The notes beneath the pieces are model-generated. The model searched no databases, had not been told where the DNA came from, and worked only from the letters and a program-made list of their open reading frames with translations. This document shows positions 11,075-24,135 of a DNA stretch of 64,000 bases, one piece after another; the stretch's first letter is position 1, and every line of letters begins with the position of its first letter. This DNA is from Raillietiella orientalis. Taxonomy: Eukaryota. The translations under genes and the position numbers were made by a program. The stretch spans positions 2,108,001 through 2,172,000 of the forward strand of contig JAYWIR010000035.1 of NCBI GenBank assembly GCA_036172245.1. The letters run 5' to 3'.

Positions 11075-14000
11075 ATTCCCGCGGAAGTAAGGCAACAGCC
11101 TGAGATCCAGCATCGCAGTTTCGTGCAACGACATTCCAATAAAGAATTCATCTCGTCCGCTCGTTCTTTTCACAGAGCACGCACGCTCAGGCGCCGATCC
11201 GCACCAACCGATCGTTCTCTTGGCGACGGATGATGGCGACGGCAGGCTGCCATCGCTTCTTCCGCGTCCTTTCGCTCTTCGGCTGGCCGAAGGCAGTCAG
11301 TCAGTCCACGCCGAAGACGAACTGCAGCATTCGATCCGCCGGAGCTGCCGAGTCGCCGTCGGCGCGAGCGAGGCGATTGCACGAGTCTTTGGCGCCCACA
11401 AAGAGACAGAAAGGCTCAGGGTGGGAATAGGTGCAGCAACAGTCTTTCTCGCAATGCGGCCCCCGCCCTACCAGCCCTCGGCTCGGAGGTTGCCGCACAG
11501 CGAGACAAAGTGTTCGCGGCCCTCTGCGCTGCCGTTTGTTGCGATCGTTCGTCTGCTCCGAAGCCGTCGAGTGGTGTTGCGTTCCTCGTCCGCTCGACAG
11601 AGAGCGATCCTTCAGCATTCTGCCTCGCGCTTTCCAATGCAGATGCCCTCAGCATTTCGCTTCGCGTGCCTCGAGCTGCTCCTTCGCTTGCCCTTCTTCC
11701 GCTCTCTGCTCCCCGTTGCATGACGCTCTCGAATCGTGCGTGGAGAAACTACCCTGGACATCTCCGAGATGTCGAAAATCCCTTGGGAATGAGCCAGCGC
11801 CCACCGGTGCGACGGGAGCTACTGGCTGTCCACGATGATGTCACGAAACCTACGGAATCCCGCAGCAGCAGCACGAACCAGCTTGCGTTCTTAGGGCACC
11901 GCCAGAAATCCAGCAACCTTTGCCGACCACTGGGATTAACAGCTGAGGCGCTCCGCCGCCGTTTCATTTCCAGGCAGGTCACCTTGAGCACGCGGGCCGC
12001 TGCGCAAACCGAGACCATTTGGACTCCTGGAAAAAGCAGCAGTTCCTCGGGACAGCTGCCTTCGTTTGCATCCTCATTTGACATTCCCCTCCGCGGGAAG
12101 ACGCGATGACGCAAACGGGCCCATGCCCGGCTCGTGCCGTGCTCCCTCAGTCCGCTCGCCTGCCAGCAGCACCGGAAAGTCCTTACCGTGCCGTTCCCGT
12201 GCTCCTCGCTCCCCCCCCCCCCCTGCGATCCCGGGACGCCGCTCCGCAGGGAAGAACGCGCGCGCGCACCGCATCCACCCGATCGCTCGCACGTTCCAGA
12301 GAGACCGTCCGTCGTCGCGCGCCTCGGGCACGGCCGGCGGCGCCGGTCAGCTGGCGAGCCGCGACCACCTTTCCCGAGGGAAACCGCCCGGGCTGCGAGC
12401 GCGCCGCCTCCGCGCTTCGCACGAGCCCTCGGGCGGCCGCTCCCCTCCCTCGCCCTCCTCACCGACAACAATCGAAAGCGCGCATCCCGTTCCGGGCTCT
12501 CGCAAGAAGGGCACCCTCGCCTAACTCCTTCGCAACGAGGAAGCGGAGTGACGTGCGTGCTGCCGGCACGTCTGCGGCCACGGACGTGCCCGTGAGGAAA
12601 GGCCGGCGAGATGCGAGCGAGTCCGACCGAAAGCGAGCCAGCACGCGCCGGAACAGCCGACTGCACCGCACCAGCGAGCGTGATGGCGCGTGCCTAGCAA
12701 GCGGTCGCGCTTGCTTGGGGCGAGTGCGGCCGACCTGGGGTTCCCTCGTGCGCCTGCACTCTTCCGCGTGAGCCGACGGATCGCATGCACGCGGCCCGTG
12801 CGACTTCCAGCGCATTCGATGCAACCCGCTGCCTCGCCAAACCCGTGCCATGTTGCTGCAATCCTGCGAACAGCCACGCACCAGGACGCCTTCGTCCTCT
12901 AGCATTCGCGGCAGTCGATCCCGCTGCTGCCCCCTCCGGCACTGCTAACGGCAGGCGGCGGAAAAGCTGGACGCTGCCCACCGTCCGAAGAGTAGGAATC
13001 CTTCGCCTGCTTGCCGTCGATCGGACACTCGCGGACTAGGCTTTTCCCGCTTCCTGGTTCCACCTGCGTCCACGTTCCGTCCGGATGCAGGTGACGGCGG
13101 AAAAACAAACGTCGTGTGCGTCCAAGTGGCGCGATCGGAATGCGCAAGCAGCTTGCTTAGGGTAAAGAACACCGCGTTTCTCTTTGGTCAATTTTTATTC
13201 GGAAAGACGGCATCTCTGCCGAAACGCGGGTGGGCGAACTTCTGGCACGACGAACGTTCTTCAGAACAACGGAAACGGAACCTTCCCAACACTTAATTGG
13301 TTCTGCTTCGTTGTGATGCACCACCCAATTGGCTGGTGCTTTTCACAATCACACAAAGTGCCCGAAGGCAACCAAGCGAACAAACAGGCTTTCTTGGCAT
13401 GACTGCAACTCATTGTGCACACATTCAGGGCAAACAGTCACACCGGTGGTCCACAGCACCCATGAACCAATTAAAAGAGGAAACCTCTTGCATCATGCAG
13501 CGGGGTTATAGGTCAACTGGTTCTGCAGGCATCAAATAAAAAGGAATTTCCAAGTTGTCAGCTGCTGCACAGACATCTCACTGGAGAGCCTCCTGAACCG
13601 TGTCTGGGATTCTAGCTAGAAGCTGCGAGTGCAAGCCAATGTCCATGGTTGCCAAGATTCCACCGGAATTGACAAGTGGAGAATCTTGGGAATAGGAATA
13701 CTGTTTCCCATGCAAAGAGGTCAACACTCCTCCAGCTGCAGTTAGAATAGCTTCTGAGGCACAGGTGTCCCATTTTTTACAGCCTGGGCTGGCAAACACA
13801 TATGCATGAACAACACCTTCCAGCAAAAGAAGAACCTAGGACCCACACGGTCATCCAACAGTGGCTGACAATTGCACTTACTTTATATCCTGATCCACCA
13901 ACATAAAGCACTTGGTCAGGACGTAAAGCCTGCATGCAAAGTTGGTTGTTCTGATTGGAATGGGAGCGTGATGTGGCAACAATGAGCTGATCAGAAACAG

Positions 14001-15035
14001 CTGGCTTCGGGACAAGGTTGCCCACGCCAAAGCCCACCAATCCCCAAATTGTTCGTTCCTTATTCCATGGCTGATGGATCACACCAGCCACCGGCTTGCC
14101 ACCCACAGCCATCCCAATGAGCACCGTGGCATTATCCAAGTGCCCTGAACACATCCGATGTGCACAAAGCAAACAGAAGACTTGCCTTTGGTGAAATCCA
14201 ATGTGCCATCTAAAGGGTCCACCCACACCACTATCTGGATGACAACATTTTACAAATTCGAGCATGCAGTGGTGGTGTGTGCATTTACTTGCTCTTCAGC
14301 CACATCTTTGAACTCCTGAGGACAAGGGGCTGCAAGAACCGACGACAAGCAGGGATCAGAAAGATCAACATCCACAATTTCTCCTTCTCCAAGCTCTTCC
14401 TCCCCTATGATGATCAACTTTGGAAAAAGGCGATACAGGGACGAGATGATGCAATTCTGTGACAAACGGTCTGCCTCTGTCTGCAGATCACAACGCCCTT
14501 GCTCTGAAGTATTCTTCGGGATTCCAAAGACATTACTCAAATTGTGCGAGCAAACGTCGCTTCACCTTATCCACGATCTTCAGATCCCCGGATGAAAGCA
14601 CTTGCTTAATAATTTTTCCTGCATGCGTGGCTATTTTCACAGAGCTCGCTACTAACTGGACAAGCAAGGCAGCTGGCATTTCCCAAATATTGGAAGTTCA
14701 CTTTCTGATAGGAAACGGAACCCGGAAAAATAAATCATTTACTTGGAGATTCTCGGAGAAATGTGCTTTGCTGCTGCTCCATACCTGAACACGGTGCACC
14801 AACCGACACCTGCGGGGAGCTTCCTAGGGATTGCAAGCTACTTGAAAACAGGGGGCCGCAGAGGACACGTAGTACAGATTTGCTTCCGTTTACAGCAGGC
14901 TCGATGGTACGAAATACCGACGGAATTCTACCCAACCAACCTCACTTTGCATGCTAATGCAACGCACATCCACGTGTACGGCACAGAGCTTTCGACTGCA
15001 TTCGCGAAATCTGCCATTCTGGACGTTCGACTGTG
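10580..15035 (-). repeat. Right arm (4456 bp) of large inverted repeat
   Basis: See left arm. The ORF track shows mirrored identical ORFs throughout. Confidence 0.97.
13578..14679 (-). CDS. BPNT1: BPNT1 copy 2 (inverted duplicate)
   Basis: Mirror image of 4228-5329 (coordinate sum 18907). One difference seen: codon cct (4912) vs tct (13995), KPAVPDQ vs KPAVSDQ. Confidence 0.93.
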
Positions 15036-15201
15036 CTACGAGCAGCGCGCGGCGCACTTTCACGCACACCATCCATGCGACTGAAACCGAGGCTGCCAGG
15101 CAATCATTGACGGCTGCAATTCTCGTTCCAACTGCACACGTGCGATCCATCGGAAAAACTGGGGCCCACCCACAAAGTAGCCGGTTTGGTGTCCTTCCAG
15201 C

Positions 15202-16000
15202 TTTTTTTTTTTTTTTTTTTTTTTAAGAGTTTTCTTTTTTTTGGTTCGCTAAGTACCTCAGAGCCGGTCGCGTGCCTCGCGGCGCGTGTGGCTCTTTTTA
15301 AACATTAACACACTGTTTTGTTTCCACGCCTGTCCGCGGCAACCCGCAGGGGGGGGCGTGTAATTCTTCAGTGTAATATTTTTCAGGATAGGGGGCACCC
15401 CGGGATGGGGTCCGCCCTATTGAATCCAGGAAGGGCTCGGAGTCCGTTCCTCTCACGCTTGGGGAGGGATCCCCCCCGGACGGGGGGGATCTCACCTCCC
15501 ACCCTGGTTGTCTCCGAAGGGGAACCCCGAAGGGAATTCTCCTTCCTCATTCTCTCCGGAGGGACACACCCCCCCTTGCGGGGTGGTGGTCCTCTCCATT
15601 TCAACTTCTCCGAAGGGAACCCGGAAAGGATCCGCTTCTAGGAATTTCTTCTCCGGAGGGAACCCGCAAGGGAACCGCTCCTTTATTCACTCCTCTGAAG
15701 ACAACCCCCACAGGGGTGCTTCCGAAACTCAGAAGGGGCGCTGCAGCTTCCCGCAGGGAATCGCTCTCGCTTAGCTTCTTTCCTTTGTACACACTCTGTG
15801 AAGAGGCGACGACTCGGAGGGACCCCCCAACAAAGGGGGGTCAGCTCCTTTGAACAACTGGAGAGGTGCCCGTGAGGGCTCCTGCTCCATCTTGAAACCG
15901 GAGGCGGTCCCCCCGGTGACGGGGGTCCACTCTCCTTTGCACACAGGAGGGGGAACTCCCCACTCCTTTATTCCTGGGAGGACCCGAAGGTCGACTCCCA
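15202..16000 (-). mobile_element. Possible retroposed segment with poly(A) tail and degenerate ~42-bp GC-rich repeats
   Basis: T23 at 15202-15224; repeated ctccg(a/g)agg..aacc units at 15512-15700. No recognisable protein. Confidence 0.3.
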
Positions 16001-17041
16001 TTGTTCCGGCCTTCACCGGGGGGCTCCGGCTTTATCCACCGCCGGGGCCACGCCCGAATGTCTCGGCCAACCAGCGCCGTTGCAGGAGAAACTCGGAACC
16101 CAAACGACGCAATGGCATCAAGTTATCCGGCCAAGTATTCGAACCCGCGACGCATGGTGCCACGCGCGGAAGCCTTAACCACAAAGCCTCCGACGCGGGT
16201 TTGGTGTCCTCCCTCGGATGGCTGGGTACGAGCATTCCCCAAAGCAAGCGCGTCCGTGCAAACACGACGAAAAGTCGACGCACTGTTCGTCGTTTGACGT
16301 AACCCGATTTGCAGTCACACAAGCTTCCCGTGTCCCCTCCACGTGTTCTCTTTTCTTTTTTTTTTGCTGTTTTGTCTTTATCAAAACAAGGTTTTCGCCT
16401 AATACGAAACCGGACCAAGTCATGTGGGAGGAGAGGAAGGGAAAAGAACCAAACGCAAGCGCTGAGGTTCGAAGTGCGCTTCACGGACGCCAAAGGAACC
16501 ATTCACAAAAGAGCTGCAAGACAAAGACGTCCCCTCGCCTCCAGAAAGAACAAAGAGCAACATCAAAGAACAAAGTACGAGAGGCGGCAAAGCCTTGCAG
16601 TCTTCACGATGCACAATTCCTTCGGCTCGCACGCGAAACCTTGATCCAGCTTCCCGATCTTCATCCAGCCCTCGTTGACTCCTGCTTACGAGGATTCGTG
16701 CCGTTGCCAAGGGTGGAAGAAACGCATGGGTCGCCGACAACGAGAGCGACTTAACCAGCTCCAATGCAATGTCGCTCCTGCACCTGGCATTGCATCATTC
16801 AAGGCATGCTGAAGCGGGTATCAGTAGCAAGGAAATAAGGGTGCGGAAAACGACCGAGACTAGAGAGAGAACGAAAAAAAAAAAAGAAACTTCCCGGCCC
16901 GCGTTGTCCACTTTCCACATCCGGCTGTGGCGTTTCGAGATGCTTCGGAAGAAGTTTGCTGGCTACGTGCACGCGGAAAGGTCCTCAGCTTCCTCTGCTG
17001 GGTCGGGGTGGGTGGTGATCACACGGCAAGAAAGTTTGTTC

Positions 17042-17165
17042 GGACGTCTGCCTGTAGACGGTGAAAAGTTGAATCCTTGGTGAAACTTCGGTTTGTTTGC
17101 TGCGGTGCACGGGGAGATATCATCGAGCTGCAAGGAAGTCTGCCATCATTTGTCCAGTTAGCGAA
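17042..17165 (+). repeat. Diverged inverted copy of 3762-3885
   Basis: ggtgcacggggagatatcatcgagctgcaaggaagt.tgccatcatttgtccagttagcgaa is shared with the minus strand of 3762-3830, with looser similarity to 3885. Confidence 0.8.
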
Positions 17166-17699
17166 TTGTTGCATATTCTGAATTCTTGCTTACGGTGAGC
17201 TGTTTTTATCTGAATGGAGGATAGGGAAGGGAAATGGGAATTAGTTGGAACGACGCAAGAACAAGAAATGAGGATTTTGTAATTGCGATGTTATTTGAAG
17301 CTGGAAGGGTCTTGTTACGGCGAGTATGCCTCTTCTTTGTGGAGTGCTTCTTTGTGGGTAGCTATTTCTGGATATTTCATCTGGAAATTGTTTCCGCATC
17401 CGCATCCACTTCGTACATGTGTTTCTTGAAAGACCATTCTTAGATCTTGATCCCTCTCATTTGAGAGTTTTGCAAGGTGACGCCGTGCGTGATCGATGTG
17501 TTTGATTTCCGCAAGTAGTTGGCCTTGATAGTGGACAGGAACTGACTTTTTGAGTAGAAGACATTCAGTAAGGTGTTTCGTTCTCCTTCGCATGCCGATC
17601 TTTCCGTGATATAAGCAGCGTCTTTACGATGTCCCTGACCGCCTCCCGTCTCCCAGTCGTATCCGCTTGCTCTTGGTTCAAGTCTTCGCTGCATTGTGG

Positions 17700-18250
17700 T
17701 TCGCGTGCAGTTTGCTCTTACAGTCTTTTCCTTCCGTGACAGTATGGTCTTCCGGTTTCTCTTCCGGCTCGTTTCTCTCATTCTCGGCTTCTCGGAGTTC
17801 GAGGTTGACGCGTCTGCTCCCTGCCCCGTTTCTTCTTCTGGCCACACGAATGCCCGAGGCCTGTTGTTGGATTTCTGCAGGCTTACCGACCCTCCCTGCG
17901 GTGGAAGCCAGTCCTCGCGTTTCCGTCATTCCCGCTCGGCGTGTCCACACCTCCCTGCACAAGCAGCACGAGCCCCAGAGGCTCGGCAAACCGAATGTCC
18001 TTGTTGCCCGCATCGGTAGCGCGTGCCTCTTGGGGCACGAGGCCGCCCGGTGGCCAAGCGTCATGCGATCCCGACGAAAGTCGGGGTGCTCCCGGTCGGG
18101 CACTTGCACGAGCGGCGACTCTTCGTCAGCGACGGCAAGTCCGGGAATTCCTGAAGCCCAGCTTTCGCCTTGGAGTGCCTCTCCCGGAAAGATGCTGGCG
18201 GGGGGCAGGGGACGTTGCCGCCACTTTGCGCAGTCCGCCCTACTGTGCAA
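17700..18250 (-). mobile_element. Degenerate LINE ORF1 (gag-like zinc knuckle) remnant
   Basis: LGHRAASCP followed, after a frameshift, by YRCGQQGHSVC, i.e. broken CX2CX4HX4C-like knuckles. Confidence 0.35.
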
Positions 18251-18811
18251 AGCACTTCGAGGCGGTCTTCAGGAACGTGCCGAGGAGTGCAGATGTGAGG
18301 CAGTTAAGGCTGCCTATTGATCCGATTCGATAAGATGCCGTCTGCATCGGAAAAGGCACCCATTATGATGGTGCCTGATTTCGACGCGGGCTTCAGCCAG
18401 AACGTTGCAAGCTGCGTGAATGGAGATGTCCGACGGCTTGTCCGTTCACGTACAAAAGAAAAGATGGACTTCGCTTTTGCAAAATCCGTAATCCACTTGA
18501 AAGTGGTAGAACGAATTATAGATGTTTCCCAGCCCACTGTTGCGAATGGAAACCGTGTTGGAAACCGTTGGCTTGAGCGGAAGGTGGAGTTCCAACAACA
18601 TTCACTGGTTTTGCTGAGGTCTCCATGCCTGCCGTGGAATGCTGCTGACGCCGTTACTGTCATTCTCATCCTCTTTACCTGGTAGGGAAATATTTCTGCA
18701 GAAGACAAGGGCTTCATGCGCATGAAAACTGGAGACTTGGAGCACAAAACCAAGAGTCCCTTCTGGGAAAGCACTGAAGACGAAGAAAAGTACACACGGA
18801 AATATGAATGG

Positions 18812-19562
18812 AACGAACAGGAGAAACAGTATTGAAGGAAAGTGGTGGGTGGCTTCGACTCTGCAGGAACCTCCAGGAGCGCCTGCAGCTCCTTGTTCGC
18901 CCACATCGATGCGGCTGGCCAGATGCGGTGCCTCCGAGGGGTGCCGGCTCGGTGCAACAGCTGGAAAGAGGTGAAGCTAAAAACACACAAAAAAAGGATG
19001 TTTCGGTGTTTCCCTGCAAGCAGGAATCTTTCCTGCTCGTTCCCCGATGCCGAAATCTTGTCCTCGGAGTCGTCTGCACCAAGGTGACTCTCCGTTAGCA
19101 CAGAGAACTCTTTCTCGACCGATGTTTGCCTGGCTGGATGCGGAACCACAATCCGGAAACAAGAAATCGCTCGCCCTCCTGCATACTGCGGGAGAAGACG
19201 CTCGACGGACAGAAACGCAAGCAATAGGGATGCGACGGTACGCTGCACTGCGACACGTTTAACAGGTTGGTGCGCCGTGCTTCTTCCTCAAGGGCTCCAA
19301 CAGAGTCGAGAGCTTGCTTGGTGGATGCTTCCCGTTCAGTGGTACAGCCAATACCGTACCAAGTACTGTGTGCGAGGAGCGTAAGTTCCGAACCGGCGTT
19401 GTCGCTGAGCATTCAGGGATCGGCTTTGCACCGCTACTCCCTTCGTCACGCTTTCCGTGCGCCCCGTTCCACGAGCATGCCTGTCGGAAGAGGAGGAATG
19501 GATCTCACGGAGGGCGATGAGGAACTGGTCGCAAAGAACGCCATTGGCAAACAGATGTGACC
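18812..19562 (+). repeat. Left arm (751 bp) of second inverted repeat
   Basis: Reverse complement of 24136-24886 (coordinate sum 43698); two substitutions seen by eye. Confidence 0.95.
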
Positions 19563-21700
19563 TGCTCTTGAAAGACGGAGGAGGAGATCCAAGAAGCTGC
19601 GGTGAATGTGCGCGCAAAACAAAGAGGAAAGGATCAACTGTGCATCCAGACAGCGATCGACACAAGAAAAGACAATGGGCACATTCGGAAGCACTGCGAA
19701 ACAGGAATAAGCCGATAAGTATTGGACGCGGACACTTCAGCAGGTCAGAAGTTCTGTCGAAACAACGATACTGGTCGTAGCGATGGCATTGTCCTCCTTC
19801 ATAAGATTTGTGTTGAGTGTTTGCTCGAACAACATGTGGTTGCCGGAAGCAGCAGGTAGGATATATGGCACTGCTGGTGCGTGTCGCACTGGGTGCATCT
19901 GGAAGGTCGCTGCTCGTACATCAGCTCACTCATGGCATCCCTGGACTATAGGACCTCGAGGACACTTTCGTCAAGGGTGTTCCGCGTCTAGTCCGAGTTG
20001 AGGCGGACACTTCATGCGGCGTTTCATATTCCAACATTCCTCTCTTCCTGAGGGAATACGGGCAGGGTATATAAGGGCAACAGGAGAGGAGGGGGAATGC
20101 ATTTCGGGTGGAAACTTCTCAAGAGTGTTGAGCACGCTCGAGAATGCCGTTTCTTCCTGCATCGCTCACATTCTCCCTCAAAAGTATCTCTTTGCATGCA
20201 AATCGATACCTATCGAAGCCGCTGCAGCCGACAACCGCTGCCGAAAGTCCGCAAGCCGATGCCTGGCGCGCGCATCGGATGCAAACGCATTCTCTCGCGG
20301 GGGCGTTTTGCAGCAACACGGGAAAGCCGTTTCCACTGTCTTTTCCTCTACTTCACCCTCTCGTTCTGTAGACGGGAGAGTGAGGGGAGAAAACAAGGAA
20401 AAGGGGGAAAAAAGGGGGAGGAGGAATAGGAAGGGAAGGCAAGCAGATTGATTCTTCAGCTCCGAATTCGTGGAGAAGGGAATCAAGAAAGGTTGCTCAC
20501 TGCAACCTTTTTTGGAACGGAACCTCCGCTAAGTGCGGCACGCTAGCCAACAGCAGGAACCTTCTTTCCCACCATCTTGCCGATGTAATTGGAATTTTCC
20601 AGCGGTGCATGGAGTTCTCGCATCAAGGGGAAATCCCTGACTAGGGCTGCATCGTCCTGTTCCTTCTTGCATATCGAACATCACCGGTGGTTTTCCGACT
20701 GTAGCTTCATGCATGCTGCTACTCGGCTGCGTCTACTGCCAGCAGCACTGCCCTTGCCAGAGGCACCCACTCTGCATGGATCCGATATGCAGGGACTTGT
20801 TCGAAGAGTCCTCGACGCACATTGTAAATCGCAGCGTGCGGAACTCTGCTTTCATCACCAACAGGCATCGACGAGTGAAGGATGGTACACAGGATAGATT
20901 AGAAGAGCTGGTGGTCTCAAGCCAGTCAGTCTCAGGAGGCGACTTCAGACGGATCGGCCACGAAAGTCGAGTCGTCACACTAGATGAGGCCTGACCAAGT
21001 GCAAGAAGCGCGGAAACTCAAGGAAGTAGGAAGCAGTCCGTCCTTTTCCCACAGATGAGTACCGGTATTTATGAGAGAGCGCTCCTGTCAGGATTCCTGA
21101 AAGTTAGGGAACTCGAAGAGTGACGAGGTGCTCAGAGAACAGGAGATCCCTTTCCCGATGGCAGAAAGCATGGAGTATAGGATGGCCGAGACACTTACCG
21201 GAGACACGTTCTCGGTCAGTGGCCAGTTTGAAGAACCACCAGCGAGTTTCGGATGGGTGACCGATTGATACCAGTCACATCTACGAAACATAAAGAAGTA
21301 GCTTGGCGGAGCGATTGAGGTGTGCTCACGCTCAATTCCGGGGCGATGAGTACTGTTCTGAAGACACGAGAGAAGCACATTGGTGGTCGCCATCTCGTTG
21401 CGAAGCTTCGCTTGCGCCAACGACAACTCAGCGGCCCTGGTGGACCAAATGCTGCAGTTAGTCTTCGGAGTGGACTGGCTGACTATCTAGAGCCAGCCGA
21501 AAAACTAAAGGACACGGAAGAAGCGATGATAGCCTGCGGTCATCATCCGTCTCCAAGAGAACGAGCGGTTGGTGTGGGTTGGCGCCTGAGAGGTGCGCCC
21601 TTTGAAAAGAATGAGTGGATGAGATGAATTCTTTATTAGAATGCCGTTGCACACTAAGATGCTGGTTCCGCAGCTTGTTGCCTCACATCTCTGGGACTAT

Positions 21701-23814
21701 CTATAGACTTATGAACAGCTTGTCTTCCTCCGATTGGACCCATAAGTCCAGGTAGGTCAAAACTGGTAGGGACACGGTCCATTGCTCTTCGAAGTCGCTT
21801 TTCATGCTGCTCTCGAACGCCAGACCGCACAGAGTTCTTTCTTCATTGAGCTGAAACGTTGCCCATCAGATTGTTGAACGAGAGCAGCTCGGGAGCATGC
21901 GCATCTGCGTCGCCGTTCTCGGATGATCGGGATCGGTAATGGGAGTACGATTGGAGTTGGTGCAGGAGAATGCAAATCCAGTTGCTCGAATGGACTCCTG
22001 CTTGGACATTCTCGGAGTTTTCCTGGAGGTTTTCAGGGTGATCCCTAAACCCCCCCCTGGGAGGTTTTTAGGGTGATCAGTGTCCCCAAAATCACCCCAA
22101 AGGCTCGCGTTCGTAGGAGGCAATCGCTTGCGCGATGGTTTGCCCCTCGTGGGGAAGGAAGGAATAGGGAAAAGGAGAGATCTGGGAAGCAGTGGAAGCA
22201 GCGGACAGTTTTTCAATCAAAAGAGCACGAGTTTACTTACGTGAAGGAGGTAATTTTTCGGATCCAAGGTTACAGCAATATCATCCGTCAGTTGGTATTT
22301 TATCTCGGGCAGTCGTTCGGAGAACGATTCGCAGGAGCCCTGGTCGCAAAGAGATTTGGGATTCGGCCAGCATTCGCCTCACCGTCAACAGTCCACCATT
22401 ATCTTTGCTGTATGGTACATCCATGATTTGCGCAAGTTCCTGGAGAAATTCAGGGGCAACTTTCAGAATTGGGTTGCCCAAATCAACCACTACTTCGACA
22501 TTCTCTGCCACTGGAAGTCCGCCGATGAGCACACTGGAAAGAGACAAAGGCGTGTTTCCTCCTTGAAAGGGGTTCTTGAGCGGGTGGAATGGAGTGAGCG
22601 AATTGTCGCTCAGAAGGGTCTTTCACGAGTGCAGGGAAAGCGGTAGAAGTGGATCGAACGCGCTTCTGCGTGCGTGGCGAGAGGGCTGAGAGTTGCCTCT
22701 CGACGGGTGGATGGTTCCGCCATCAGCGGACGAGGATGCAGGTACACTGCAGTCCGCAGGCGGAGGTTCGAGGATGAGGAACCTGGGCATTCGTGGCTTC
22801 ATCTCTCCTTCACGTCTCCTCTGAAACGAGAATCCACTAAGCCTAGGTACCTGCGAATCTGGAATTTGTAGAGGTCGGTTTCTGAAATGGGAGACAGTTG
22901 CACTTCTGCTGATCCCGGGAAAACTTTTTGTTTTCCTAATTGAATCAGTATCGTTTTGGTGTTCCTGACAAGGAGTCATTTTGCTTATCACGAGCCGTCC
23001 TTCTACCTGTCTGCCGTAAAACTGAAGCTCGGGTCGATTCCGAGCTGTTGTGCTATGTTTCTGAGTGCTCTCCTGTCGAACCCGAGGGATGCCTGAACCT
23101 TGCTGCTGTACAAGAGACTGCCTCGTTTCGGTTCCGCGACAAAAGGAACGATCGAAGCTTTCACTGTGGGCTCCGGGATGTCATCGGACCGAACGCTGAA
23201 CATCTGTTTGGGAATGGTTTGGAAATCCGCGTTACGCCGATCCGCAACCGTTGGTTTTTCGAGCTAATACTTGCACGTCCTCTTCGAAAACCTTCCCGTG
23301 CACGGGTTCGCCGCATACGAACAGGGCAATCTCGGAATCGGTTGCTCGGCTGGAATTCGAAGCGCATGAGGAATATCTGCGTCTGTACACTGGAAGGGAG
23401 AAAAGCATCGTCTGCGTCTCACGCGGGGACTGAGCGTGCTTCGGTTCCAGTGGATAGTCAACTTGCCACAGTAATCGCTGACACAATCCGTCGAAGGCAT
23501 CAAGCTGTATGAATGCGTTGTATCCAGAGATGCCAAAAACCAGAAGCGAGGACTTCCGACGTAGAGGTTACCGAAGTATTGATGCTGCGCGCACAACGAG
23601 ATCAGTTTTTTTACTCTCTAGTGAAATGTGACTGCCACTTGCCTTTTCGCCCTTCAACCAAATATCATACTTAGCTTGCGAGACGTCCTGCATGTCAGCC
23701 AGAGTCAGGAAGCTGTTTGGACAATCAGCAAATTTGTTAACATGAGAAGGTTCGGGAAACAGGGCCCACTTACGCGCACAGGCACGCCAACACGCAGAGA
23801 GCTTGAACGGCCAT
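21701..23814 (-). CDS. Secreted pepsin-family (A1) homologue B, paralogue of A, 9 exons, 352 aa
   Basis: Exons 23814-23774, 23712-23643, 23584-23467, 23389-23271, 23203-23007, 22964-22851, 22533-22383, 22339-22241, 21850-21701, all in phase with the same intron positions and phases as A. HQYFGNLYVGSP..LDTTHS..MPSTDCVSDYC and VVVDLGNPIL. AATAAA (minus strand) at 21632-21637. Confidence 0.85.
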
Positions 23815-24135
23815 CCTGCGGGAGTTTGCACTCGGGTTTGTGTGAAGCTGTTGTTGACTTCCCAACCGCTATTTATCGGGAACTTCGGCACACTTGAATA
23901 GGGAAATCCAATTCCAGTTTTCATTGATTATTCAGAAATGTTGAAACCATGGGGAGCTCTCTGAGATGGGACACAGAGTTGAATCCCGGTTCGATCTGCT
24001 CTTTTGACTTCGCGTAGCCACTCGGAGATTCCCCGGTGGTGAGAAGTCAACCGTCGGGATAGCGCAGCATCCCAGGAGACATAGACTTACTGATTCCGCG
24101 ACACCGATTTTCGCAAATAGTAGCAAATTCGCGTG

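Noticed and set aside
18304..20100. Possible multi-exon minus-strand gene overlapping the 751-bp repeat (ORF 18304-19248)
   Set aside because: Many acceptor-like sites, but I could not build a phase-consistent model or recognise a product.
20500..21400. Polinton minor capsid or RNA-virus polymerase remnant
   Set aside because: Only vague motif resemblance; not supportable without a profile search.
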